Shown here: positions 18,989 to 29,700 of the stretch, one piece after another
How positions within the stretch are numbered: the stretch's first letter is position 1
Layout: each line of letters begins with the position of its first letter
Position numbers and translations under genes: made by a program
From: Candidatus Helarchaeota archaeon
Lineage (GTDB): Archaea > Asgardarchaeota > Lokiarchaeia > Helarchaeales > RDOG01
Assembly (NCBI GenBank): GCA_029838215.1
Contig: JALGVI010000006.1
Location: 38,385-102,384, forward strand
DNA length: 64,000 nucleotides
Direction: 5' to 3'
The notes under the pieces: model-generated
Databases searched by the model: none
Told to the model about the DNA's origin: nothing
Seen by the model: the letters and a program-made list of their open reading frames with translations, nothing else

Positions 18989-19978
18989 TTAAAACTTGAA
19001 CTTTGTCCCCACGCATGCATTGGTCGTGATTTCGGGCAAAGCATTATAGATCTTGATGAATTCATTTTCTCCGGTGCAGTGCATTGGAGCAATCACGGCA
19101 GGGTTTTCCTTTCGGAAGTACTCAATTGTTTTATTCATTCTTTCTTCACGCGCTTTGAACAAGTGAAAACCACCAATTGCAGCCAAAATTCGTGAAATTC
19201 CCGTGACTTTCTTGGCGTGGTCGAGGATGTTCAAGATTCCAACGTGTGCACAACCCGTCATGACAACGAGCCCTTCATCCCGGATGTTGACCATGAGTTG
19301 GACTTCCTCTTGAAAATCTGCAATGTCCCACTTTCCCGTTCTATTTGAGAGAAATTTATTCGCAATCTCAAAGTCATTTTTTCGCTCGACACCTGCCGTT
19401 GCATGGACACCAGGGAAGATTTCTGTCAAATTTGAAACGTGTTGAATAGTACAATTTCGGGCTTTGATTTTTTCAAGAACAGTAGCCATTGGAGGCATCT
19501 GTCTAATTTCTACCAACGAAAACTCCCGTCGCATTTTCCGAAGAACTTTTTTATCAATCTCGCCTTCAGGCAAGTGAATCGTTTGGTCCTTGCTTGCATA
19601 ATATGACGTGTCGACTTGTTCATGAAGATAAATTGGGATGTCCGATACGTGATCGAGAACTTCTAGGATCGAACCCCAGTGGTCGAAATGCCCGTGTGAA
19701 ATAACCAAAGCATCAATGGAAGCAGGATCTATCATCAATTTATTCCAATTATGTAAGATGGAATGGTTAACGCTACCAGTATCAAATAAAACGTTGAATT
19801 CCTTACTAGCTTTTTTTATTTTAAGATATAAAGCAAGACCGTGTTCTCCCAAGCAATTTATGCCTGGTGGTAATTGTTCGACATGTTTCTCGGGTATTGA
19901 ATATGAGAACATCGCATCCGCTTTATTATCCACGAGAACGAAAATCTCCAAGCCATCACAAGATTTAATAACCGCCAT
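18989..19978 (-). CDS. MBL-fold metallo-hydrolase (MJ0448-like family)
   Basis: GEHGLALY, LFDTG, SHGHFDHWG, TGCAHVG, IGGFHL, PMHCTG. Confidence 0.9.
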   Translation of the reverse strand: MAVIKSCDGLEIFVLVDNKADAMFSYSIPEKHVEQLPPGINCLGEHGLALYLKIKKASKEFNVLFDTGSVNHSILHNWNKLMIDPASIDALVISHGHFDHWGSILEVLDHVSDIPIYLHEQVDTSYYASKDQTIHLPEGEIDKKVLRKMRREFSLVEIRQMPPMATVLEKIKARNCTIQHVSNLTEIFPGVHATAGVERKNDFEIANKFLSNRTGKWDIADFQEEVQLMVNIRDEGLVVMTGCAHVGILNILDHAKKVTGISRILAAIGGFHLFKAREERMNKTIEYFRKENPAVIAPMHCTGENEFIKIYNALPEITTNACVGTKFKF

Positions 19979-20181
19979 GAAATCCCTCTTGAAAAAGAGT
20001 ATTTTGAATACAGGAAGTGAAACGGGCTTAAAAAGCTGTCTATTTCATGGTGGAAAGTGGAACATAACCTTGTAATACTCAGACGGGGAAATATTCGATT
20101 AAAACAATGGTATTGAGAGATATTTTTTGGCTAAAAAAATCCTATATTTATATTAAGATGGTATAGCTATTGTGATTTAAG

Positions 20182-20730
20182 ATGTCAAAAAAGCTAAGTG
20201 AAGCATACGAGAACTACTTGCAAGCAATTTACAGATTTTGTGCTGATCGTGAGGATTGCATAGTCAAAACTTCGGAATTAGCGGAGCATCTTAGAGTTAA
20301 GCCTCCGAGCGTTACCGAAATGCTTGACAAACTGAAAAATGAAGGATATATTGTCTATAAAAAAAGAAAAGGTGTAAAATTAACAAAAAAAGGGAAAACT
20401 GTTGCCGAGAGAATTTTACAAAGCCATCGCATTATAGAGTTATTTTTGCGTGATGTCTTGAGAATGGAAAACGTGCACGAACTCGCAGGTGAGTTGGAGC
20501 ACCATATCACGCCTGAAATGTATAATGCAATTTGTGAGTTATTGGAACATCCGCGCATTAATGGCTCAACAGTATTGTATTTTAATTTAGACAGAGTTGA
20601 AGAATTAATTAATGAGTTCACAGATGAAATCGTGAAGGAAGTGACTGACTCAGAAAATCAGCAAGTCATCTTTAAAATAAAAGAAAAATTCATTGAGAAT
20701 TTAAGAAAGAAAGAAGAAAAGCTTCTTTAG
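20182..20730 (+). CDS. DtxR/MntR-family metal-dependent transcriptional regulator
   Basis: ENYLQAIY, VKPPSVTEML..L, LT..G...A, HRIIELFL, LEHHI. Confidence 0.93.
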   Translation: MSKKLSEAYENYLQAIYRFCADREDCIVKTSELAEHLRVKPPSVTEMLDKLKNEGYIVYKKRKGVKLTKKGKTVAERILQSHRIIELFLRDVLRMENVHELAGELEHHITPEMYNAICELLEHPRINGSTVLYFNLDRVEELINEFTDEIVKEVTDSENQQVIFKIKEKFIENLRKKEEKLL

Positions 20731-20771
20731 TGTTGGTATTTGCTTTTACACGAAATACTGGGTGAAAAAAG

Positions 20772-22577
20772 TTGCCGAAATTAACTGGTGGAGAGATTAT
20801 TGCAGAATATTTGATAAAGGAGAATATTCCTTACGTTTTTGCGATTCCAGGACATGGAAATTTAGGAATCATAGATGCTTTCAAGAGACATGAAGATAAA
20901 ATCAAGGTCCTGCAGGTAAGACAAGAAATGAGCGGTGTTCACATGGCAGAAGGCTTTTACAGGGTAACAGGAATTCCTTTAGCCATGATAACATCGATTG
21001 GTCCGGGAGCAATTAACACGGCAATCGGACTTGCCAATGCATTCGTTGACTCGATGCCAGTCCTTGTCATTACTGGAGACACTCACGTGCACATGCGTGG
21101 TGTTGGCGTGTTACAGGAGATCGAGCGGAATTTAGATTCAAATTTACCGAGAGTTCTTGAGCCACTCGTAAAGCGATCCTGGCAAGTAGCAAAAGTGGAA
21201 CAATTACCTAAAATCATGCAAAGGGCATTCAACCAAATGCTCACGGGAAGAAGAGGACCAGTTCATGTTGACATGCCAATGGACGTGCAATGTGATGCGA
21301 TAGACGTGGAAATCCCCGAACCTCAAGCCCGTAAACCCAAAGGGCGTATGCGAGGGGATCCGAAAGAAATCGCAGAAGCCATTAAATTGTTGAAAAATTC
21401 TCAACGACCTGTTATACTCGTAGGGGGAGGACTCGTTACATCGGGTGCTTTCGAAGAACTAAAAACGTTAGCAGAATTAATTGGTGCTCCGGTATTAAAT
21501 ACGATGATGGGAATAGGTGCTTTTCCAGCAGATCATCCACTATATGGATGGGCTACGGGATCAAAAGGGACGACTGTTGGATTAAAACTTTCGGCTACGG
21601 CAGATGTTCTGTTAGCAATTGGTTGTAGATTTGCAGATGAAACGAGTTCTTCGTATAAACATGGCGTGAGTTTTGCAATTCCGCCTACAAAGTTAATTCA
21701 AATTGACATTGATCCCACGGAGATGGGGAAGAATTATCCGGTTTCGATAGGTATTGTTGGCGACGCAAGGGCGATCTTGGAAGACATCATTGCGGGCCTT
21801 AGAAATCAAAATTATAAAAAGGATTACGAAAGCACGGCATATTTTAGAGAGATCCAGCGGCTCAAAAAAGAGTGGAATGAATTTTTAAAAAATTGGGCAG
21901 ATGATTCTAAGGTTCCTGTCATGATATCGGTCGTCTTGCGGGAGTTACGTGATTTTCTAAACCGTGATGCCGTAGTCATTACTTCATCAGGTAATACTCA
22001 AGCGCAAATTTTGCAGGAGTTTCCTTTTTATGAGCCAAATACTTGCATTACCACGGGAGGTTTCTCAACGATGGGTTACACGGTTCCTGCATCACTCGGT
22101 GTTAAGCTCGCCTTACCCGAAAAACAAGTTGTTGGCTTGTTAGGAGACGGTGATTTCATGATGACAATGCAAGAGCTAGCAACGGCTGTTCAATATGGGT
22201 TAAATGTCGTGTTTGTCGTTTGCAATAACTTTGGCTGGATCGCCATTACGGACTTGCAAAGAGCTGCCTATGGTGAAGACCACGATCACGCAACAGAGTT
22301 TAAAGATACGAGCGGAAAACCATATTCTCCAAATCTTGCACTCGCTGCAGAAGCATTTGGATGTCATGCAGAACGGATTTCAACGAAACAAGAGATTCAA
22401 CCAGCTCTTAAACGAGCTTTCGATTCAAACAAACCTGCCGTTATCGAAATTTTAACAAATCGGGAATTTCCGTTCACGGGAAGTCCTGCTCACGGATGGT
22501 GGGATGTACCGAGACCAGCTTATCTCAAAAAACGGCGAGAAGAATATTTAATAGACAGAAAAGAAGAAAAACTATAA
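20772..22577 (+). CDS. Thiamine-diphosphate enzyme, acetolactate synthase large subunit-like
   Basis: VFAIPG, catalytic QE, GPGAIN, GRRGPVHVDMPMDVQ, and ThDP motif GDGDF...NN. Confidence 0.92.
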   Translation: MPKLTGGEIIAEYLIKENIPYVFAIPGHGNLGIIDAFKRHEDKIKVLQVRQEMSGVHMAEGFYRVTGIPLAMITSIGPGAINTAIGLANAFVDSMPVLVITGDTHVHMRGVGVLQEIERNLDSNLPRVLEPLVKRSWQVAKVEQLPKIMQRAFNQMLTGRRGPVHVDMPMDVQCDAIDVEIPEPQARKPKGRMRGDPKEIAEAIKLLKNSQRPVILVGGGLVTSGAFEELKTLAELIGAPVLNTMMGIGAFPADHPLYGWATGSKGTTVGLKLSATADVLLAIGCRFADETSSSYKHGVSFAIPPTKLIQIDIDPTEMGKNYPVSIGIVGDARAILEDIIAGLRNQNYKKDYESTAYFREIQRLKKEWNEFLKNWADDSKVPVMISVVLRELRDFLNRDAVVITSSGNTQAQILQEFPFYEPNTCITTGGFSTMGYTVPASLGVKLALPEKQVVGLLGDGDFMMTMQELATAVQYGLNVVFVVCNNFGWIAITDLQRAAYGEDHDHATEFKDTSGKPYSPNLALAAEAFGCHAERISTKQEIQPALKRAFDSNKPAVIEILTNREFPFTGSPAHGWWDVPRPAYLKKRREEYLIDRKEEKL

Positions 22578-22581
22578 AATT

Positions 22582-23262
22582 CTACAACAAATCCTCGAGA
22601 TCTTTTTTCAAGGATTCAATGTCAGTTTTTAAATCCGTTTCAGTAGTTTCAGATTTCTCATCATCCACGTCGAGGTTATCTCGAAGTTCCGTCAGTTCTT
22701 TTTTCCATTCTTGGCGGCGTATTTTATCGGGTTTCTCCTTTTCTGCTTCGATCTCTTTCTTCAAGGCAAGAATACGTCGTTTTTCATCGTCTAATTTGGA
22801 AAGGATCTTTTTCTTTCTCTCTTCAAGTTCTTCCTTTTTTAATTGATGGATTGTTTCGTGTATTTGCTTTACACGAGATGTCAGTTTTTGTATGTTGTCA
22901 TCACATAATTTAATTAGGGCAGAATTTGTGGTTGATTCTCTAAAATTCTGATAGATTCCTATCGCATCTTGGTGTTTCTTGGCCGCCGCCGCAAAATCAC
23001 CATTATCTTCTAAATCGAAAGCATTTAATGTGACGGTTTTAGCAAGTTCTAAAAGTTTCTTCTTCAATGAAGTTATGTTCTTCTCACAAAAATCATACAA
23101 AGACGGTTTTTTACGCGCATCTAGATGTTCCTGAAACTCTAGAAACAAGTTCATTGCTCGAGCATAATTAAAAGCCGCTTCAATGTAATTTTTTGTATTT
23201 TTAACGTGTTCATCGCCATCCTTTACCAGTTGGGCAGCAATCTTAAGTACTTCAGCAGTCAA
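22582..23262 (-). CDS. Hypothetical helical protein with two MIT/TPR-like units and a C-terminal coiled coil
   Basis: A..L...D......Y.EA...Y..A pattern occurs twice, followed by an E/K-rich coiled coil. Confidence 0.7.
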   Translation of the reverse strand: MTAEVLKIAAQLVKDGDEHVKNTKNYIEAAFNYARAMNLFLEFQEHLDARKKPSLYDFCEKNITSLKKKLLELAKTVTLNAFDLEDNGDFAAAAKKHQDAIGIYQNFRESTTNSALIKLCDDNIQKLTSRVKQIHETIHQLKKEELEERKKKILSKLDDEKRRILALKKEIEAEKEKPDKIRRQEWKKELTELRDNLDVDDEKSETTETDLKTDIESLKKDLEDLL

Positions 23263-23442
23263 TTTAGCTCACGACCATTTTCTCATTAAATTGTTTAGAA
23301 ATTTTTGTTTTTGAGTTTTTGCTCAGAATTACAGATCATTAGGGATTCGATTCAACCAATAATGTTAAAAATGAAATTCTACCATTCAAAATTACTATCT
23401 TTAAAGAATTTTTAAAAAAATCATAAATGAGATCGATTTTTT

Positions 23443-23937
23443 ATGTCAGATATCTCAAGTACTCCAAAATTTTACCTACCGATTATTGGTGCTGGAATTG
23501 CACTCGGTTTCGGTTTTGGCTTGTTGATATGCGCCATTCTTATAAACGTATTAGGGGGATTTAGTTTCTCCGATATGAATACCATTATTGGAATTGTTTT
23601 CATTGTCCTGCTCGCAGGAGCTGGTCCGGTCTGGATAATCATTCTGTCAGTTGCTGGTTGGATCTTGCATGCCATTCTCGTGAAAAACACGGATTTTGAG
23701 AAGATACCCATGATTTTTGGCATCGCTCTATTGGTGATCATTGCGGCACTAATGACAACCGGTTTCATCTTAAGTGCAAAGCCAATCTTAGATTATGTCA
23801 CGATGATTACAAATCCAGTGAATTCGGGAAAAGAGTGGTTGTTCGTTTTCTATATTGCAAATGTCGTCTTGGGACTTATTGCATCCAGTGCTCAGGCACT
23901 CGGCTTGATTGGGAGCATTCTTCTAATCAAATATTAA
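23443..23937 (+). CDS. Hypothetical membrane protein (about 4 TM)
   Basis: 164 aa with long hydrophobic stretches. Confidence 0.8.
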   Translation: MSDISSTPKFYLPIIGAGIALGFGFGLLICAILINVLGGFSFSDMNTIIGIVFIVLLAGAGPVWIIILSVAGWILHAILVKNTDFEKIPMIFGIALLVIIAALMTTGFILSAKPILDYVTMITNPVNSGKEWLFVFYIANVVLGLIASSAQALGLIGSILLIKY

Positions 23938-23995
23938 TTTTTTTTTGTATGTGTTTGTTTAAAAATCAGAGCTACAAAGGGAATTTGTTTGATTC

Positions 23996-25354
23996 TCAAG
24001 AAATTTCAAATTTCGGTAAAGATAGGCTTTCGCTTTTCAGCACGTTTTCTAAAATATTTTTTAATTTTTCGATACCTTCTCGGGATCGAGCTTCCACGCG
24101 TCCAATAATTTTCGGTTCTGTATTTGATGCACGTAGCAAAGCCCAACCATCTTCTGTTTCGAATCGGACACCGTCTACATCAATTATCTTATAATCTTGC
24201 TTGAGTTTTTCTTTTATCCGGTTGATTTTTTGAAATTTTTCTTGATCGGTTGTAGCAATTTCAATTGCGGGAGAAGATAGAAATTTTGGTAGCGTGAGAA
24301 ATAAATCGTGTAATGTTTTAGGAGAACGTGAGAGCATGCTACTAAATACTACGGAGGCATATACTGCATCGTCATAATTGTAATAATTTTCGGTAATGTA
24401 ATAATGACCGCTCAGCTCGCCTGCGAGAGCAACACCAGTTTCTTGAATGGTTCGTTTTATAAAGCTATGCCCTGTTCGATGAATGATCGGCACGCCTCCT
24501 GCTGCACGAACTTCATCGCCAACGGCTTTTGAGCACTTGACATCGTAAAGAACTTTAGCACCTTTATTTCTTTCAAGTAAATCCCGTGCCAACAGTATTA
24601 GGCTTTGATCTCCAAACAGCACGTGTCCTGTTTCATCAATGAAATAAACACGATCACCATCGCCATCATATGCCACGCCTAAATCGGCTTTCTCTTTTAC
24701 CACCAGTTCACGTGCAGACTTGAGGTATTGGAACTTTTCAGGGTTAGGATCGCGATTTGGAAATCGTCCGTCAACTTCACAGAAAAGCGTGATCACGTCA
24801 CATCCTAACTTTTTAAAGATTTCAGGGGCCGTCAGGCAGCACACGCCGTTTCCAGCATCGATGACAATTTTGATCTCTTTCTCCAGTGTGACCTTGGAAG
24901 TGACGTAATCAACATATTTGGGAATGATATCAAGTTTTTTGACCGAGCCTTGCCCAGTCTTGAATTCGTCCTTTTTTATAATTTCTAGAATCTTTTGAAT
25001 TTCTTCGGGAAAGAAAGGCAAGTTTGACTTACATAGTTTAAAACCATTATATTGAGGCGGATTATGAGACCCCGTAATTTGAATTCCGCCTTCTCCTTTT
25101 TCATGAAAAATTGAAAAGTAAAGAACAGGGGTGGGAACCGTTCCCACGTCAATGACATTCGCACCCGTAGAGGTCAGACCTTTTATCAAGTTCTTCTTTA
25201 AAGCATTGGAACTCAATCGTCCGTCCATTCCAACAAAAACGGTTTCATAATTCGTGAATGTTCCGTATGCTTTTCCGATTTTTTCAGCCAAGTCGTCCGT
25301 AAGGTTTTCTTCATAGACGCCTCGAATGTCATAAGCGCGAAAAATTGATTCCAT
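23996..25354 (-). CDS. Phosphomannomutase/phosphoglucomutase
   Basis: FRAYDIRG, TGSHNP, DGDGDR, GELSGH, RASNTEP. Confidence 0.95.
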   Translation of the reverse strand: MESIFRAYDIRGVYEENLTDDLAEKIGKAYGTFTNYETVFVGMDGRLSSNALKKNLIKGLTSTGANVIDVGTVPTPVLYFSIFHEKGEGGIQITGSHNPPQYNGFKLCKSNLPFFPEEIQKILEIIKKDEFKTGQGSVKKLDIIPKYVDYVTSKVTLEKEIKIVIDAGNGVCCLTAPEIFKKLGCDVITLFCEVDGRFPNRDPNPEKFQYLKSARELVVKEKADLGVAYDGDGDRVYFIDETGHVLFGDQSLILLARDLLERNKGAKVLYDVKCSKAVGDEVRAAGGVPIIHRTGHSFIKRTIQETGVALAGELSGHYYITENYYNYDDAVYASVVFSSMLSRSPKTLHDLFLTLPKFLSSPAIEIATTDQEKFQKINRIKEKLKQDYKIIDVDGVRFETEDGWALLRASNTEPKIIGRVEARSREGIEKLKNILENVLKSESLSLPKFEIS

Positions 25355-25393
25355 CTAATTTCCTTCCTTTTTTCCAATTTATTGATCCATTAA

Positions 25394-26830
25394 TTATTGG
25401 ATAATTCCTTCAATTAATTCTTTTCCAATTTTAGTTAATTTTTTTGCTTTCTCTTTCGAGCTTGCCTCTGCAGAAATTCGTAATAGTGGTTCCGTTCCAG
25501 ATGGACGTATCAATAACCAACTTTTGTCTTCACAGATGAGTTTCAAGCCGTCAATATCCAAGACCTGAACGATTTTTTCGTTATCTAATTTATCAGGAAG
25601 AGATGAAGTAATTTTAAGCATGACTTCAGGTTTTTTTTCGTCGGAACATTCAACGCCCAACTGATCAAAATTAATTGATCCGAATTCTCGCGTGATATCG
25701 TTAATAATTTCACTCACGGGTTTGTCAAAATATGCAATTGCTTCAAGAATTTTCAAGTTCGTGTAGATTCCATCTTTTTCAGCGATGTGTCCCCGGAACA
25801 TGAGACCCCCTGATTGTTCCCCTCCTATCAATCCGTTTCTTGTCCGCATTACTTCGCCAATGTATTTTGAACCGATTGGGACTTCAACCAGTTCCAATCC
25901 AAACGCCTCAACCATTTTATCGAGAACAGAAGTCGTGTCGATTGTTTTTACTATCACACCGCTTTGATTTCGTTCAATCAAGTATTTTAGAAGAATGCAA
26001 AATGTTTCGTGGGAACGAACGAACTCACCTTTTTCGGTCACGACACCAGATCTATCACCATCTCCATCACAAGCAAAACCAACGTCAGCATTCGCTTCAA
26101 TAACGGTTCGTTCCAACATCGCCAAGTTCTTTTTCGATGGATTCGGACTCAATCCGCCAAAATCGGGATCTAATTGATCGTGAAGCGTGGTCACGTCCTG
26201 TCCCAGTTGTTTCAAGATTTGTGGAAGATAATTTCGGGCAGTTCCAAAAAGAGGATCGAAAATGATCGTGAATTTTTTCTTTTTTATTAGTGTTTTATCG
26301 AGTAAATTAATGACGTGTTCAATGTATGCTTGTTTTGGATCAATTTCGGAGAAAAGAAAAGTTTTTTTTGCTTCTTCTAGGGAAATTTTCGAGATTGCTT
26401 GATTTTTCATGACTCGATTAATTTCGACCATGATGGCATCCGTCACGTCAGGCATGGCTGGAGACGCGTATTCAGGTATGAATTTTAAACCATTATATTC
26501 GGGAGGATTATGGCTTGCCGTGAGCATTATTGCGCCGTCTAGCTTCCATTTTTGAATGGCGTAAGTTAAAACGGGAGTTGGAATATCTTCACGATCTAAC
26601 AGGCACCTGATATTGTTACCAGTAAGAACACGGGCAATTTCTTCAGCATACATGTTTGAATTACGTCGAGTGTCAAAACCAATGGCAATCCCATTCTGTG
26701 TTTGCTTCTTTCTTTTCAAATAATTGGCGATGGCCTGAGCTACTAGTGATACATTTGGAATTGTAAAGGATTCATCCATGCGTGCACGCCAACCATCCGT
26801 TCCAAAATTAATGGAGTTCATTTCGCTCAC
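25394..26830 (-). CDS. Phosphohexomutase (PGM/PMM/GlmM family)
   Basis: FGTDGWR, TASHNP, DGDGDR, GEQSGG, RPSGTEP. Confidence 0.95.
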   Translation of the reverse strand: MSEMNSINFGTDGWRARMDESFTIPNVSLVAQAIANYLKRKKQTQNGIAIGFDTRRNSNMYAEEIARVLTGNNIRCLLDREDIPTPVLTYAIQKWKLDGAIMLTASHNPPEYNGLKFIPEYASPAMPDVTDAIMVEINRVMKNQAISKISLEEAKKTFLFSEIDPKQAYIEHVINLLDKTLIKKKKFTIIFDPLFGTARNYLPQILKQLGQDVTTLHDQLDPDFGGLSPNPSKKNLAMLERTVIEANADVGFACDGDGDRSGVVTEKGEFVRSHETFCILLKYLIERNQSGVIVKTIDTTSVLDKMVEAFGLELVEVPIGSKYIGEVMRTRNGLIGGEQSGGLMFRGHIAEKDGIYTNLKILEAIAYFDKPVSEIINDITREFGSINFDQLGVECSDEKKPEVMLKITSSLPDKLDNEKIVQVLDIDGLKLICEDKSWLLIRPSGTEPLLRISAEASSKEKAKKLTKIGKELIEGIIQ

Positions 26831-26848
26831 GTGAGAAAATTGAATTTT

Positions 26849-28690
26849 TTATAGAACTGTTACAACCTTGGCAAGATTACGAGGTTGATCGGGATTGTAA
26901 CCACGACGAATTGCAGAATAATACGAAAAAAGCTGCAGGGGAACAACATAAGTCATCGGACTGAAGAGAGAATTACATCCTGAAGGAATTCTAAAAACTA
27001 CATCGGAAAGCTTAATGATTTCATGATCATTTTCTTCACAAACAGCAAGGATTAGAGCTTCCCGAGCTTTCATTTCCATCACGTTACTGATAATGCGGTC
27101 CTGCGTTTCATCAGGAGGGGCAACAAAAACAACGGGAAAACCAGATTCGATCAAGGCGATCGGACCATGCTTACTCTCTCCTGCAGGATATGCTTCAGCA
27201 TGATTGTATGATATTTCTTTTAATTTTAGCGCGCCTTCGGCAGCCGTAGCAAAATTAAGCCCTCGACCCAAATAGAAAAAATCTTCTTTCTGAGCATATT
27301 GATCAGCTGCGATCTTGATGTTATCCTCTTCCAATTTGATGATTTTTTCTACGAAGTCAGGAACCAAATCAAGATTACTTCGTAGCTCCTTGATTTTCGC
27401 AGGTGGTAAAGAATTTTTCATTTCTGCTAGAGTAAGAGCGAGCATCGATAAAGTGGCGATTTGTACGATAAATGTTTTTGTTGCAGCAACACCAATTTCA
27501 GGTCCTGCTTGGGTATAAAGCACGGCCTCCGCATGTCTCGTAATCGAACTTCCAAGCACGTTCGTGATGGCTAGAATTTTCGCACCTTGACTCTTTGCAT
27601 GCACCACGGCATTTAACGTATCGGCAGTCTCTCCAGATTGCGTGATGGCAATGACTACGGAACCGGGTCCAATAGTTTCACCAATTCTATCCTTAAATTC
27701 CGATGAAATGAAAGGAAAGGAAATCGTCTTCGCAATTCGTGCAAGTAAAAATTGACCCGCCATGGTAGCATGAAAAGAGGTGCCTGCAGCTGTAAAATAT
27801 ATTGTAGGGGCATCTTTCAAGTATTTTGCAAACTTTTCAACAATGACAGGGTCCATTCGCAATGTATTGCGAAGAGCATTTGGTTGTTCATGAATTTCCT
27901 TCAACATGAAATGAGACATGCCGCCCTTTTTCGCCATCTCTGTTGTCCACTGAATTTCGGTTGTTTCCCGCTCAATAATTGTATTGAAATCACGAATAGA
28001 TCTAATTTGAACAGAATTAAGCGTCAAGATTGCCATTTCTTCATCCAAAAGGAATTTCACCTTGTTGGTCATTGGCAAGAAAGCAGGGATATCGCTTGCC
28101 GCATAGAGAGCATTTTCACCAAGTCCTATTATCAAGGGACTTTCTTTACGCGCAACTATGATCTTTTCAGGCTCATCTATATTTAATACGGCAATTGCGT
28201 AAGAACCTTGGAGCTGGGTAAGAGCACCGTGTACGGCTTCTTCATAATTAATTCCTTTTTTAAGTTCTTCCTCAATGAGATGAGGAATGATTTCAGTATC
28301 ACATTCTGATTTAAATTCATGTCCCAATTCAATTAATTGATTCCGCAAAGAAATAAAATTTTCGATTATCCCATTGTGAATGACGGAAATCTTGCCGGAT
28401 CCATCAAGATGAGGGTGGGAATTCACTTTCGATGGCTTGCCGTGAGTTGCCCATCGTGTATGACCAATTCCGACTCTTCCCGGTAGCGTATCGAGATTTA
28501 GGCGGGCATGAACTTCATCAATCTTGCCTTTATCCTTTTTTATCTGGAAACGTTTATTTTCGGAGTCAATGGTGGCAATTCCCACGGAATCATATCCTCG
28601 ATACTCCAGTCGTTTCAGTGCTTCCCTAATTTGAACCGAAACCTGAAATCCTTCTTGAACTTTTGAAAGAATGGCAATTATACCGCACAA
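26849..28690 (-). CDS. glmS: Glutamine-fructose-6-phosphate transaminase (isomerizing)
   Basis: (M)CGII from TTG 28690 gives the required N-terminal Cys; RGYDS, GHTRWATHG, HNGIIEN, QSGETADT, PRNLAKVVT. Confidence 0.97.
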   Translation of the reverse strand: MCGIIAILSKVQEGFQVSVQIREALKRLEYRGYDSVGIATIDSENKRFQIKKDKGKIDEVHARLNLDTLPGRVGIGHTRWATHGKPSKVNSHPHLDGSGKISVIHNGIIENFISLRNQLIELGHEFKSECDTEIIPHLIEEELKKGINYEEAVHGALTQLQGSYAIAVLNIDEPEKIIVARKESPLIIGLGENALYAASDIPAFLPMTNKVKFLLDEEMAILTLNSVQIRSIRDFNTIIERETTEIQWTTEMAKKGGMSHFMLKEIHEQPNALRNTLRMDPVIVEKFAKYLKDAPTIYFTAAGTSFHATMAGQFLLARIAKTISFPFISSEFKDRIGETIGPGSVVIAITQSGETADTLNAVVHAKSQGAKILAITNVLGSSITRHAEAVLYTQAGPEIGVAATKTFIVQIATLSMLALTLAEMKNSLPPAKIKELRSNLDLVPDFVEKIIKLEEDNIKIAADQYAQKEDFFYLGRGLNFATAAEGALKLKEISYNHAEAYPAGESKHGPIALIESGFPVVFVAPPDETQDRIISNVMEMKAREALILAVCEENDHEIIKLSDVVFRIPSGCNSLFSPMTYVVPLQLFSYYSAIRRGYNPDQPRNLAKVVTVL

Positions 28691-29055
28691 ATTACAACTT
28701 TCCATTAAAGCTCGTCAAACGAGGACATTCCAAGCCATAAAAATCCTCTTTATTTCTAAAGTCAAATTCAGATTCTTTCAAGAACACCGGTGAAAACACG
28801 AGTCTTCATCCTTGAGTTACTAAATTCAATTTCCATTTTATAAGATTTGGTATTTTTATTAATGAAAGAAAATGATCGCATCCTGATAAAAATAATTATC
28901 AAGCAAAAAAGAAAGATTAAAACGGAAAAAAGCCAAAAACGATTCATTAAAGGAATAATGCATGATTTAAAAATCTTAACATCGGAAATAATCGGCTAAA
29001 TAGAATTACCAACGATGAAAAATAGAAGAAATGAATTGTCGAAGGTGTTTGCTTC

Positions 29056-29691
29056 TTGTTTTATGAAGAAATTGAAAAACTTTGGTTGGCAGGACAACGA
29101 GTTCCCGAATTAAAAATCGGTAAAAATGTTAAAATCGCAAAGAATGTGAATTTTTTACTCAAGAAAGAATATCCCATTGAGATAGGAGATGACGTTGAAA
29201 TTCATAATGGTTGCATCATATACTGGGGGACAAAGATTGGAAATGGCACGCGAATCTTCCATAACGCAGGATTACGAGAGTTTACCGAGATAGGAGAAAA
29301 GACAATTTTTGGCTCTCTTAGTTTCTGCGAAGGTAGAACGAAAATAGGGAGCCATGTCAGCATTACATCACAATGTCACATCACAGCGAAAGCAACGATT
29401 GAAGATCATGTCTTCATGGGACCGGGAACGGTAACTACGAATACGCGAAGAATCGTCCACGGAAGAAACTATGAGCTAATTGAAATAGGGCCAACCTTAA
29501 AAAAAGCCTGTAGGGTTGGTGGGGGAGTCACGATCATCCCTGAAGTCACCATAGGAGAAGATGCATTAGTAGCAGCAGGTGCGGTTGTTACAAAAGACGT
29601 CCCGCCCAGAAAAATAGTCATGGGTGTACCTGCTAGAATAGTTCGCGATGTCCCGAAAGACGAGTGGCATCCTGCTGTAAATATTGAGTGA
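29056..29691 (+). CDS. Hexapeptide-repeat (left-handed beta-helix) acyltransferase
   Basis: IG..T.I hexapeptide repeats, AAGAVVTKDVP, GVPARIVR. Confidence 0.9.
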   Translation: MFYEEIEKLWLAGQRVPELKIGKNVKIAKNVNFLLKKEYPIEIGDDVEIHNGCIIYWGTKIGNGTRIFHNAGLREFTEIGEKTIFGSLSFCEGRTKIGSHVSITSQCHITAKATIEDHVFMGPGTVTTNTRRIVHGRNYELIEIGPTLKKACRVGGGVTIIPEVTIGEDALVAAGAVVTKDVPPRKIVMGVPARIVRDVPKDEWHPAVNIE

Positions 29692-29700
29692 TATTCTTCT

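Noticed and set aside
28691-28705. N-terminal extension MESCNL on GlmS
   Set aside because: GlmS needs Cys at the mature N-terminus; TTG at 28690 gives MCGII.
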